Shown: positions 10,006 through 19,551, numbered from the stretch's first letter. The stretch is DNA of 64,000 nt from Spirochaetia bacterium (GCA_963666985.2 CAXXIA010000002.1:2912001-2976000); one strand, 5' to 3'. Notes: a model not told the origin generated them from the letters alone. Translations and numbers: made by a program.

Positions 10006-11085
10006 ATGAATCGTCCCGTCAATTTTTCAGCCGGTCCGTCCATGATTCCCACGGAAGTTCTTGAGTCTCTCGCCGCGGATATGGTGGATTACCGCGGTAC
10101 CGGCCTTTCGCTTGTGGAAGTGAGTCATCGCGGCGCCGTTTATGACGGCGTTCATCAGGAGGCCATCTCTCTTTTAAAAGAGCTGATGAATATTCCCGAT
10201 GGTTATTCGATTCTTCTTCTCGGCGGCGGCGCGACGTTGCAGTTTTCCATGCTTCCCATGAATCTGATGCTTCCCGGAAAAAGCGCCGATTACGTCAACT
10301 CGGGTTCTTGGGCCAAAAAGGCCATTACCGAAGCGAAAAAGGTCGGTGATGTCAACGTTGTCTGGGACGGAGCGGGAAGCAGTTACATGTCTTTGCCCGA
10401 TCCCGCTTCCGTCAAACCGTCTTCCGCTTCTTCCTATCTTCATATTACCAGCAACGAAACCATCGGCGGCGTCCAGTGGAAAACGTTCCCCGATACCGGA
10501 GATGTCCCTCTTGTCGCGGACATGTCCAGCGATATTTTAAGCCGGCCGATTGATGTGAGCCGTTTCGGAGTGATTTACGCCGGAGCTCAGAAGAACCTGG
10601 CTCCCTCCGGTTTGACCGTGGTTATCATCAGGGACGATCTCTTGACAAGATCGTCCGATTCCCTCGGATCCTATCTGAATTATGCCGTTCACGCGGAAGC
10701 GAACTCGCTGTACAATACCCCGCCGGTTTTCCCCATATGGGCCATGAAGCTTGTTCTGGAAGGCGTGAAAAAACGCGGAGGCGCCGCGGCCGTTGCCAAA
10801 GATAACGCCGATCAGGCGGCGGCACTTTATGACGCGATCGATTCCTCCGGCGGATTTTACCGATGCCCCGTGGAAAAGGCGGTGCGTTCGGATATGAATA
10901 TCGTCTGGCGTCTGGCCGAGGAAAGCCGGGAAGCCGATTTCATCAAATCCGCCTCCGAAGCGGGACTCATCGGGTTGAAGGGGCATAGAAGCGTCGGCGG
11001 ATGCCGGGCCTCATTGTACAACGCCATGACGATGGACGGTGTTCGGCGGCTTATTGATTTCATGGCGGACTTTGCCCGGAAATAA
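10006..11085 (+). CDS. serC: Phosphoserine aminotransferase
   Basis: NFSAGP, SHR, NETIGG, DMSS, YAGAQKN (PLP lysine), YNTPP, GHRSVGG.RASLYNA. Confidence 0.95.
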   Translation: MNRPVNFSAGPSMIPTEVLESLAADMVDYRGTGLSLVEVSHRGAVYDGVHQEAISLLKELMNIPDGYSILLLGGGATLQFSMLPMNLMLPGKSADYVNSGSWAKKAITEAKKVGDVNVVWDGAGSSYMSLPDPASVKPSSASSYLHITSNETIGGVQWKTFPDTGDVPLVADMSSDILSRPIDVSRFGVIYAGAQKNLAPSGLTVVIIRDDLLTRSSDSLGSYLNYAVHAEANSLYNTPPVFPIWAMKLVLEGVKKRGGAAAVAKDNADQAAALYDAIDSSGGFYRCPVEKAVRSDMNIVWRLAEESREADFIKSASEAGLIGLKGHRSVGGCRASLYNAMTMDGVRRLIDFMADFARK

Positions 11086-11182
11086 GGTAAGGACGTCGGC
11101 TCCCTGAAGCCGCTTTACGGGTTCCGTATCGGATTCGGTATCAATGCCTCAATAGCGTTCGCGGGAGTCTGAGGAGGAGAGA

Positions 11183-11659
11183 ATGTTCCGCCTTGATCGG
11201 TTGAACATGAGTATTATCGACCATCTTCAGGAGGGTCGAAAATCCTATAAGAAAATCGCCGATAATCTGGGAATCTCGGAAAATACGGTCAAGGCGCGGG
11301 TAAGAAAGCTTGAAGAAGAAGGCATTCTTAAAATCGCGGGATTCGTTGATCCCGAATCCATGGAAGGACACCAGATTATCTATATAGGCGTGAAGCTTAA
11401 GGATATGAATTACCCGACCAAAGGCGAAGAAATCAGCCGGCTGCGCCGGGTTGTTTCCGTGGGCGTCGTTACGGGCCGCTACGATCTTATTGTAACGGTT
11501 CATCTGAAAACCGGTTTCGGGCTTTTGGAGTTCCTCAGCGAGGAGCTCGGCCGCATCGACCGGATTGAGTCCATTGAAACGTTTATGGTGTACAAAGGAT
11601 ACAACATTAAAGTTCCTTATATCGCCGATGAAAAAGAACTGATTGAGGTGGCGGAATGA
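11183..11659 (+). CDS. Lrp/AsnC family transcriptional regulator
   Basis: N-terminal HTH (GRKSYKKIA...SENTVKARVRKL) and RAM domain (VTGRYD). Confidence 0.9.
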   Translation: MFRLDRLNMSIIDHLQEGRKSYKKIADNLGISENTVKARVRKLEEEGILKIAGFVDPESMEGHQIIYIGVKLKDMNYPTKGEEISRLRRVVSVGVVTGRYDLIVTVHLKTGFGLLEFLSEELGRIDRIESIETFMVYKGYNIKVPYIADEKELIEVAE

Positions 11660-12903
11660 ATTCTGTTGAACGTCTTCGTAAGTTGGGTATCGCCGTTCCC
11701 AATATTCTCGTTCCCGGCGCGGGAACGGCTCCGGAAACCTGGTCCGTTATCGCCTGCGATCAGTTCTCTTCGGATCGCGGTTATTGGGAAGAAACACGGC
11801 GTATTGTCGGCGGTGATCCTTCAACGCTTGATTTGATTATTCCCGAATGCTACCTGGAAGATGGGGATAGGGATGAACGGGCGGGCGCGGCCAATACCGC
11901 GATGGCTGAAATCTTGGAACATGGTGTTTTAAAGCAGCTTGATTCCGGTTTCATTCTGGTGGACAGATCCACTCTTTACGCTCCTCGCCGACGGGGATTG
12001 GTTTTGGCCGTTGATTTGGAGGCCTACGATTTCTCGAAAGGATCGACCAGCGCCATCCGGCCCACCGAAGGAACGATTCGCGATCGGCTGCCGCCGAGAA
12101 TGGCCGTTCGCCGGGGCGCCTTGCTGGATCTGCCGCACGTTCTTTTACTCATGGATGACCCTGATGATTCGGTCATGAATGCGGCTTCGGCCGCCGCCGC
12201 GGCCAAGGTTTACGACTTTGATCTGATGCAGAAAGGCGGTCATGTAACCGGCCGTTTTATTCCCGAAGAGGCGATGAGCGCTCTGGCCGGCGCTTTTGAA
12301 GGAATCCTTTCCCAATCCGGCTTTCTGTTCGCCGTCGGGGACGGCAATCATTCTCTGGCATCCGCAAAAGAGATTTGGAAAGAGAAGAAAAAAGCCGGAG
12401 CGCCGGAGGATCATCCCGCTCGTTTCGCCCTGGTGGAGGTGGAGAATATTCACGATGACGGACTTCATTTCCATCCCATCCACCGTGTTCTCTTCGGTGT
12501 TAACGCCCGGGAAACGGCGGACTTTATTCGGAAGAAACTCGGCGCGAAAGAGGCGGCCGGAGCCGGTGATGTGTTTGTAAAACTTCTGACTCCCGATTCG
12601 GAATGTTCCCTTGATTTTGCCGTTCCCGCCGGACGTTTGGCGGTTGAACCTTTGCAGGATGCCCTCGATGCCTACTTGGCGGATCATCCCGAAACCTATA
12701 TCGATTATATCCACGGCGCCGATGCCGTTCGAAATCTCGTGTCCGATTCCAATGACCGCATCGGTTTGATATTGCCGGACATTGATAAAAAGACGTTTTT
12801 CAAAAGGATTCTGGAGTTGGGACCGTATCCGCGCAAGACGTTCAGCATCGGGGAAGCGGTTGAAAAGCGCTATTACCTTGAAGCGAGAAAGCTTGTTGAC
12901 TGA
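11656..12903 (+). CDS. DUF1015 family protein (ParB/Srx-like fold)
   Basis: WSVIACDQF, IRPTEGT, GDGNHSLA, PIHR, PRKTFS.GEA.EKRYY; usual serC neighbour. Confidence 0.85.
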   Translation: MNSVERLRKLGIAVPNILVPGAGTAPETWSVIACDQFSSDRGYWEETRRIVGGDPSTLDLIIPECYLEDGDRDERAGAANTAMAEILEHGVLKQLDSGFILVDRSTLYAPRRRGLVLAVDLEAYDFSKGSTSAIRPTEGTIRDRLPPRMAVRRGALLDLPHVLLLMDDPDDSVMNAASAAAAAKVYDFDLMQKGGHVTGRFIPEEAMSALAGAFEGILSQSGFLFAVGDGNHSLASAKEIWKEKKKAGAPEDHPARFALVEVENIHDDGLHFHPIHRVLFGVNARETADFIRKKLGAKEAAGAGDVFVKLLTPDSECSLDFAVPAGRLAVEPLQDALDAYLADHPETYIDYIHGADAVRNLVSDSNDRIGLILPDIDKKTFFKRILELGPYPRKTFSIGEAVEKRYYLEARKLVD

Positions 12904-12984
12904 TGAATCTGTTTTCCGTGCGGTTTGTTTCCCGGGCCCAATTCGGCCGGAAAATGTACGCCGCAGCCTTTAACTGACGCCTCT

Positions 12985-13239
12985 ATGGAATGCCGTCCCG
13001 GCTGCGCCGCCTGCTGTATCGCCATTACTATTTCGTCTCCTGTTCCGGGATTTCCGAACGGCAAACCGGCCGGTGTGCGCTGCGGCGCTTTGGCTCCGGA
13101 CGGACGATGCCGGATCTGGGAAACCGCGGAATATCCCGAAGTCTGCCGGAATTTCCGGGCCGGAAGAGAGTATTGCGGAAAGACCGCCGACGAGGCACTC
13201 CGTCTTCTTTCGGAACTGGAAGCGGCGACCGGCGGTTGA
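12985..13239 (+). CDS. YkgJ family cysteine-cluster protein
   Basis: MECRPGCAACCIA...GKPAGVRC...C.I...PEVC...C. Confidence 0.85.
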   Translation: MECRPGCAACCIAITISSPVPGFPNGKPAGVRCGALAPDGRCRIWETAEYPEVCRNFRAGREYCGKTADEALRLLSELEAATGG

Positions 13240-13468
13240 GCCTTTCTTGCTTCCTTATCAGGGGGTGTATGCAAAACGAAGCCGGCTTTTGAGCGCATGA
13301 TCGGGTTCTTTCTCCGGTGGGCTCATTAAGAGTCATTAAAAAATTTTCATAATCTTTTCATATGAGGACTTTGTGTTATTGACTCTTTTTTTTCAGGAGG
13401 TTATCCCTCCATCATAAGGCGGACCCGTCCCTTAAGGGACCTGAAGGGGTTCGCGCGAGGTATACCGG

Positions 13469-14638
13469 GTGAATAAATCACCTTTGCTTTCCCGTGCTTA
13501 CGATTCGGGAGAGCTCATGTCCGGAAACGGTGACGATTCCGGCGAGAACGGCCCTGAACACGGCGGGAATTGGGAGCCTTTGCTGGACGGCGCCACATCC
13601 CAATTCCCTGTTATCGATCCGGACATCCAGGATTTAACGCGAACCGTTACGGATCATAGGCTTCCCACCCCCGAGCGGGTGATGGCGTTCCGGGACATCA
13701 TCGATTCGGAAATAGGTGATACGGCTCTTACCCGGGTGCGGAACATCGAGCGCCAGATCAATCTGCGAAACCTCTATTTGAAGTTCGAAGGCGGCAATCC
13801 CACGGGCACCCAAAAAGACAGGGTGGCTTTTGCCCAGGCCCAGGATGCTCTTCGCCGAGGATATGAAGGCGTGGCTTTGGCGACATGCGGAAATTACGGA
13901 GCCGCCATGGCTCTTGCGTGCCGGTTGGCCGGCTTGCGGTGCATCGTGTATATACCGGAAGGCTACGCGACCAAGCGGGTTGAGGAGATTACCGAATACG
14001 GCGCCGAAATTCGATTTTGCGGCAAGGATTACGAAACCGCCTGCGAACTCGCCCGAAAATCCGCTCAGGACGATGATTTCTACGACGCGAATCCGGGCGG
14101 ATCAAACACGGCCCTTCAGCTTGAAGCGTATGCACAAATCGCATACGAGATTTATGACGAACTGCGTGATGCCCCCGCGGCGGTAGCGGTTCCGGTTTCC
14201 AACGGAACGACTTTGGCGGGCATCCACTTGGGATTTTTAAGTCTCTACAGGCGCTGCAAGACTTCGCGCATTCCAAAGCTTATTGCCGGATCGGCGTATA
14301 AGAAAAATCCAATTGTGGATTCGTGGATTAAAGGACGTCAGGAATGCCGGGATTTGGATCCGTCGACGATAAAGGAAAGCGCCGTGAACGAACCGCTTAT
14401 CAACTGGCATTCCACTGACGGCGATGAAGCTCTTAAAGCCATCCGTGATTCGGGAGGTTGGGCCTCCTATGTTTCGGATAAAGCCATGAAGCGTTCGGCG
14501 CGGATGCTGAAAGAAACAGACGGTCTTTGGGTGCTTCCGGCGTCAACCGCGGGGCTTTTGGCCCTCATGGAGAAGCATGCCGCCGAGCCGCTGCCGGGAG
14601 ATCGGTATGTAGCGGTTATTACCGGTAAACAGTCCTAA
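13469..14638 (+). CDS. Fold-type II PLP-dependent enzyme (threonine synthase-like, non-canonical)
   Basis: KFEGGNPTGTQKDR (PLP lysine), ATCGNYG, PVSNGTT, PASTAG, VITG. Confidence 0.85.
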   Translation: MNKSPLLSRAYDSGELMSGNGDDSGENGPEHGGNWEPLLDGATSQFPVIDPDIQDLTRTVTDHRLPTPERVMAFRDIIDSEIGDTALTRVRNIERQINLRNLYLKFEGGNPTGTQKDRVAFAQAQDALRRGYEGVALATCGNYGAAMALACRLAGLRCIVYIPEGYATKRVEEITEYGAEIRFCGKDYETACELARKSAQDDDFYDANPGGSNTALQLEAYAQIAYEIYDELRDAPAAVAVPVSNGTTLAGIHLGFLSLYRRCKTSRIPKLIAGSAYKKNPIVDSWIKGRQECRDLDPSTIKESAVNEPLINWHSTDGDEALKAIRDSGGWASYVSDKAMKRSARMLKETDGLWVLPASTAGLLALMEKHAAEPLPGDRYVAVITGKQS

Positions 14639-16041
14639 TGGGGATTAACAATTTTCTTTCAGTCGGAGCCGCGGCCGAAGAGGCCGGAATCAGTGTGGGA
14701 TTTCACGAAAGGTCATATGACATTTCCTATCCCCGAGAGATATGGAAGGCTGTTCCACCCTCCGCTCGGGACTTGCTTGTTGATAATGTCGCCCTTGCGT
14801 CGGTTCTGCATCTGCCTATGGTTTACCCGGAAACGCGGGGCGTGGAGCTGAATACCGTCCGTCCTCTTTTCGAACCCTATTTTTTTCGGAATTTCGTGGG
14901 AGACATTCCTTCCTGCTGCGATATGGACGGCAATTCGATTATTACGGACATCGAACGTTTTTTGAATCTCGAATACCGGTTTGCGCCGGGGGCGGTCCGT
15001 ATTCCGGAGATATGGCCGGCACCGAAAAAAAAAGAAGCCGGAGCTCTCGTGCCTCTGACCTTCGGCAAGGATTCCCTATTGTCGTTCGCCGTTGCCGAGG
15101 AAATCGGTCTGAAACCGAAAGCCGTTTTCGTCGACGAACCGTCTTTCGGCCGGGAACGGGGATACAAGGAAGAACTGGGAAGCCGGTTTGAATCGGAGTT
15201 CGGACATCGTCTGGAAATCCTCGATCATGAGACAGGCCGGCTTCGCGATGCCGCGCATCTGGGAGTACCTCTCGGAGAATACGGATGGGGACTTCAGTCC
15301 ACCGAATACGCTCTGTTGATGCTGCCTTTCGCCCGGTACTGGGGCGTCGGGTATTTGTTTTTCGGAAATGAACAAACAGCCGGAACCACGTATCGCGATA
15401 AGGAAGGGCGGTGGACCATTCACCCGTGCTTCGATCAGTCCCACCAATGGACTCTTCATATCGACGCCATGACGTCTCTCTTAACGAATCCCGAACCGGT
15501 GCGCACCGGCAGTCTTATCGAACCGCTGATGGATATGATGATTCAGGGGATTCTGGTTCGGCGATACCCGAAGTATGCGGATCTGCAGATGAGCTGTTTC
15601 GTCGAGGATGAAGGCGGCCGGGAATCACGCTGGTGTCATAACTGCACCATATGCGCCAAAATGTACCTGATGTGCGCCGGAGCCGGTGTCGATCCGGCGG
15701 CCGTGGGATTTCGCCGATCCATGCTGACGGAGAAGCAGAGGGACTTTTTTGCTCTTTTCGGCGGCTCATCTCCCTTCCCGTACGCCCGGACCGCCGAGGC
15801 CCGGGACGAACAGCTTTTTGCTTTTCACTGTGCCGCCCGTTTCGGTTTCGACGATCCGCTCGTCAAGGAATTTAAATCCTCACGGGCGGGAGAAGAAGCC
15901 GCCCGCCGTGAAGAAGAATTGATGGATCGGTTCGTTTCGCTTCATTCTTATGATACGGTCCCCGCCGAACTTCGGGATTCCGTGTTCCGTATTTACTCCG
16001 AAGAACTTGCCGCGTTTAAGCGGCGCTATGAGGCAGCATGA
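14638..16041 (+). CDS. PP-loop ATP pyrophosphatase, MurL/QueC-like
   Basis: LTFGKDS PP-loop variant, FGNE, SC...RWCHNCTIC cysteine cluster; start overlaps the upstream stop (TAATG). Confidence 0.6.
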   Translation: MGINNFLSVGAAAEEAGISVGFHERSYDISYPREIWKAVPPSARDLLVDNVALASVLHLPMVYPETRGVELNTVRPLFEPYFFRNFVGDIPSCCDMDGNSIITDIERFLNLEYRFAPGAVRIPEIWPAPKKKEAGALVPLTFGKDSLLSFAVAEEIGLKPKAVFVDEPSFGRERGYKEELGSRFESEFGHRLEILDHETGRLRDAAHLGVPLGEYGWGLQSTEYALLMLPFARYWGVGYLFFGNEQTAGTTYRDKEGRWTIHPCFDQSHQWTLHIDAMTSLLTNPEPVRTGSLIEPLMDMMIQGILVRRYPKYADLQMSCFVEDEGGRESRWCHNCTICAKMYLMCAGAGVDPAAVGFRRSMLTEKQRDFFALFGGSSPFPYARTAEARDEQLFAFHCAARFGFDDPLVKEFKSSRAGEEAARREEELMDRFVSLHSYDTVPAELRDSVFRIYSEELAAFKRRYEAA

Positions 16042-17036
16042 AGATTGCATTAGTCGTAAATACACGCAGAGAAGAAGATGAATTTCAGGTGGAATTCGAT
16101 CCTCCCTCGACAATTGAGAAGATCCGCGAGGGAATCGAAGCCGCGGGTCATGAGTATGTATTCATCGAAGCCGATGAAAACGTAGTGGAGAATCTTAAGG
16201 CCGTCCGGCCCGATCTGGTTTTCAACCGATCGGAAGGCTTGCGGGGCGAGAGCCGGGAATCTCATATCCCATGCATTCTGGAAATGCTGGGAATCCCGTA
16301 TGTGGGTTCCGGTCCGCGAACTCTGGCGGTGTGTCTGGATAAAGCTTGGACGAAGACGTTCGTTCGGGCTCACGGGGTTGATACGCCTTCTTTCAGTGTT
16401 CTTGATTCGATGGAAAGCGCGAAGAATTGCAGGGTGGATTTTCCGATCATCCTTAAGCCCAATTCCGAGGGTTCGTCCATCGGAATCAACGAAGACAACG
16501 TGGTGCGGGATGAACAAAGTTTTCTGAACAAAGTTCGGGATATGCTGGATTTGTATCGGGAACCGGTATTGGCCGAAGAATTCGTTCCCGGAAGGGAAAT
16601 CAGCGTGAGTCTCCTGGGCCGCCCCGGAGGGGAACCGCAAGTCTTCCCGCTTTTGGAAGTGGATTTTTCCCGAATGCCGGAGACGGTAGGCAACGTGTTC
16701 GGACAAGTTGCCAAGACCGAGTACGACGATTTGGCGAATTATGTTTGTCCTGCTTCGGTTTCTCAGGATTTGGACGATCAAATTCGAAAGGCGGTTCTGC
16801 AAGCCTGGAACGTTTTGGAAATTCGGGATTTCGCGCGTTTCGATTTCCGTATCGACGGCCGCGGACGTCCGAGATTTTTGGAAGTGAATCCCCTGCCGGG
16901 CATGGATTATGACGAATCGAGCCGGGATTTTTCTTTTTACATTTTGATGGCCTTCCGTGCCGGTTACGACTACAACGGCCTGGTGGCCGCTTTGATTGAT
17001 TCCGCTCTTTCGAGAATCTCCGGTGGAACTGCTTGA
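16038..17036 (+). CDS. ATP-grasp ligase, D-Ala-D-Ala ligase-like
   Basis: EFD, VFNRSEG, LGIPYVGS, CLDK, KPNSEGSSIGI, EEFVPGRE, RFDFR, LEVNPLPG; ATGA overlap. Confidence 0.85.
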   Translation: MKIALVVNTRREEDEFQVEFDPPSTIEKIREGIEAAGHEYVFIEADENVVENLKAVRPDLVFNRSEGLRGESRESHIPCILEMLGIPYVGSGPRTLAVCLDKAWTKTFVRAHGVDTPSFSVLDSMESAKNCRVDFPIILKPNSEGSSIGINEDNVVRDEQSFLNKVRDMLDLYREPVLAEEFVPGREISVSLLGRPGGEPQVFPLLEVDFSRMPETVGNVFGQVAKTEYDDLANYVCPASVSQDLDDQIRKAVLQAWNVLEIRDFARFDFRIDGRGRPRFLEVNPLPGMDYDESSRDFSFYILMAFRAGYDYNGLVAALIDSALSRISGGTA

Positions 17037-17553
17037 ACGGGCTGCAATAGCGGCTTTCGGGACTTGCGCGGGATTCGCGGAAGGAAAGAAGACTCAGCTG
17101 ATTTGGAAGTCTTTTTCTCAATGGACTCCCGCTCTTTACCGCATGTTCCGACGAGTGGAAAAGACGGCTTTTCGCGCCGAACTGCGCTATACCCGCAAAG
17201 AGCTGCGGGAACGTTCGCTTAAGCCGAGTTTTGAGACTCTGATTGTTTTTACCGGGCATCGGCCGAGTGCGGTGATGCTTGTGTATCAAGGCGGCGGTGA
17301 AAAAGTCCTTTATCTTGATACCCTCGCTGTACGGAATCCCGGGAAGGGAACCGGCGGCAGACTGCTCAGAGCGTTCCTGGAAGAAGCCCGCTCCGACGGG
17401 TATCGCGGTATCGAATTGGATACGGAAAACATTAACGATCAGGGGATTCGTCTGGTGGATTGGTATTGCCGCTTCGGATTTACCGTTCTCAAAGAAGAAG
17501 CGGACGGGAATGTGTCCATGGAATGTATCCTGTCGGTTCCTTCAACCTTCTAA
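17023..17553 (+). CDS. GNAT family N-acetyltransferase
   Basis: YLDTLAV..PGKGTGGRLL (motif A), LVDWYCRFGF; overlaps the ligase stop. Confidence 0.8.
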   Translation: MELLERAAIAAFGTCAGFAEGKKTQLIWKSFSQWTPALYRMFRRVEKTAFRAELRYTRKELRERSLKPSFETLIVFTGHRPSAVMLVYQGGGEKVLYLDTLAVRNPGKGTGGRLLRAFLEEARSDGYRGIELDTENINDQGIRLVDWYCRFGFTVLKEEADGNVSMECILSVPSTF

Positions 17554-17565
17554 CGAATGGAATAA

Positions 17566-19551
17566 TTAGAATAAGCCGAATCGCTGAAGAAAAATATCGT
17601 TCCCGCGCCTCATTGCCGAGCGCCATGGATCAATTTTGGGTTCGATGATGGTGCATCCCCTCCGCTCCATATCTATAAGCATTCTCTTTTCGTATTCCGC
17701 GAGTTGGAGACGACTGAATTCTTCAGCTTCTCTTGCCGCCCTTTCAATTCCATGTTGGTGTTCTTTGGAAAGATCTACCCACGATTTCATGCTTGCCGCC
17801 ATAAGCAGGGGGCTGTACATATGACGAGTTAGAATGATATAGGGAGCTACTTCAAAGAAATGCTGTGCCCATATTGTTGAAATGGGATTTTCTTGGGCAT
17901 CCAGTTCATCCTGCTTAAGGGCTTCATAGACTTTATTTATTTCCAGCGGAATTGGTTCCGCACCGAGATTACTCCAGAGAACAGAGTGTAGAGGATTTGG
18001 AGGAACACGAATCCTCAGTCCTTTTACATCATTCGGATTTCGTATCTCTGATTTAGCTGTAAGACATCGAAAACCCCGTTCCCAACATGAAAGAATCCGG
18101 AAACCGCTTGTTTCCAATTCACGGAACATATGCTGAATATTAGTTGAATCTTTCATCATTTCCCAGCCTTCCTTATTACTGGTAACGACGAAAGGACTGA
18201 GAAATAGAATCATTTCTTTTAGGTACTGTGCAAAAATGGAGATTCCTGCTACAACAAAATCAACACCACCTGCGGAAACCAATTCCAGAAGCTTCGTATC
18301 ATATCCCAAGAGGCTTTCGGGATATGTTCTAACCGAATAATATCCGTTTGTGTAGAATCTGACTTTTTCCGCGAATACTTGTGCGGTTTTTTCTCTTAAT
18401 CCATCAGGTGGATCCGTATGAGCGAAAATAAGATCACGGGAAGCATATTTACCAATATAAATCCAGGATCTGTCCAATTCAGGTTTACCTTTATTTTTCA
18501 TTCTATAATCGGAAGGAGAGAGGCCCGATTTCTTTTTAAATGTTCTTCGAAACGTAATCGGTGTATTGAACCCGCATTTATGCCCAATTTCCTTTAAGGA
18601 TAAGTTTGTTGATATTATGAGATCTTTTGCTTTGTCTGTACGATGTCTCTCCACATATTCGGTAAACGTTTCTCCAGTTCCCTTATGGAAAACTGTAGAA
18701 ATATATTCTCTTGTGAGATGGAAATGGGATGATAATGTCTGAAGGCTCAAATCGGGTTGAACTAAGCATGAACTAATATAGTGTTTAAGACTTTCTATCA
18801 GTTGATTTTGATGACAGTTCCGTATTCCCTTGTAGTATTGAGAAAGAATGTTCGCAATAAGTCTGACTTGATCAAAATATAAGGAAGTCTTGCAGTATGT
18901 TCGTAATTTAAAAATTTTATTTGCTATAGTTTTAATTAAGTCCTTTTCCCCACTTTGTTCCAGTTCAGAAAGAAATCGAAGAAACATCAGTTCAATCGCA
19001 TCCATCAGTTTCTCGGCCATTTGATCCGAAAGAATCATATCTTCTGTGTTTTCTTTTAGAGTTAAATCTATAAGACGTTCGGTGTTAAGAAAATTCCCCG
19101 ATTTAATTGATTTAGCCAGCATTTCTTCACGTTCAAGAGAAAATCGGGGATAAGGTGAGTCTTTTGGGATTGAAGAATATAGTATGAGTTTTCTATCAGA
19201 TCGATGAAAAGGATAGGAAACCATTTTAAGAAGACTTCCCGCGATGTCAATAACGGTTGATTCCTTTTTACAATTCTTTCTGGCAAAAGCAAATTCAACA
19301 CCTTCATCTTCAAGTATGGATTCAATAACACTTCGTGTGATTGAATCTTCTTTAAATTGAATAAAGGATATTTTCTTATTACTAATTTCATAACAAGCAA
19401 GTACATGAACATGGGATTCTGATGATGGACATGTGAAATTCGGCATTGTGTTTTGAAGAAATGGAAAGATAATGGCAACAATTTCACCATTTCCCGTGAA
19501 GTATTCATTTAAAATCTCAATACCAGAACTCATGATTTGTATTTTTCGCAT
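17566..19551 (-). CDS. AraC-family regulator fused to a C-terminal TRAP DctP-like domain
   Basis: Central AraC HTH (PDLSL...YISTVFHKGTG...CGF...FRRTFKKKSGLSPSDYR), then HTDPP...GFR...KGLRIRVP...DAQENP; no signal peptide. Confidence 0.85.
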   Translation of the reverse strand: MRKIQIMSSGIEILNEYFTGNGEIVAIIFPFLQNTMPNFTCPSSESHVHVLACYEISNKKISFIQFKEDSITRSVIESILEDEGVEFAFARKNCKKESTVIDIAGSLLKMVSYPFHRSDRKLILYSSIPKDSPYPRFSLEREEMLAKSIKSGNFLNTERLIDLTLKENTEDMILSDQMAEKLMDAIELMFLRFLSELEQSGEKDLIKTIANKIFKLRTYCKTSLYFDQVRLIANILSQYYKGIRNCHQNQLIESLKHYISSCLVQPDLSLQTLSSHFHLTREYISTVFHKGTGETFTEYVERHRTDKAKDLIISTNLSLKEIGHKCGFNTPITFRRTFKKKSGLSPSDYRMKNKGKPELDRSWIYIGKYASRDLIFAHTDPPDGLREKTAQVFAEKVRFYTNGYYSVRTYPESLLGYDTKLLELVSAGGVDFVVAGISIFAQYLKEMILFLSPFVVTSNKEGWEMMKDSTNIQHMFRELETSGFRILSCWERGFRCLTAKSEIRNPNDVKGLRIRVPPNPLHSVLWSNLGAEPIPLEINKVYEALKQDELDAQENPISTIWAQHFFEVAPYIILTRHMYSPLLMAASMKSWVDLSKEHQHGIERAAREAEEFSRLQLAEYEKRMLIDMERRGCTIIEPKIDPWRSAMRRGNDIFLQRFGLF

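Noticed and set aside
13469..14638. Canonical thrC
   Set aside because: Motifs differ (TQKDR and ATCGNYG versus SFKDR and ASTGNT), and no hom or thrB is adjacent.
16038..17036. Vancomycin-resistance ligase or housekeeping ddl
   Set aside because: Lacks GGxSxEH and HGxxGEDG motifs; no vanH/X/R/S or mur genes nearby.
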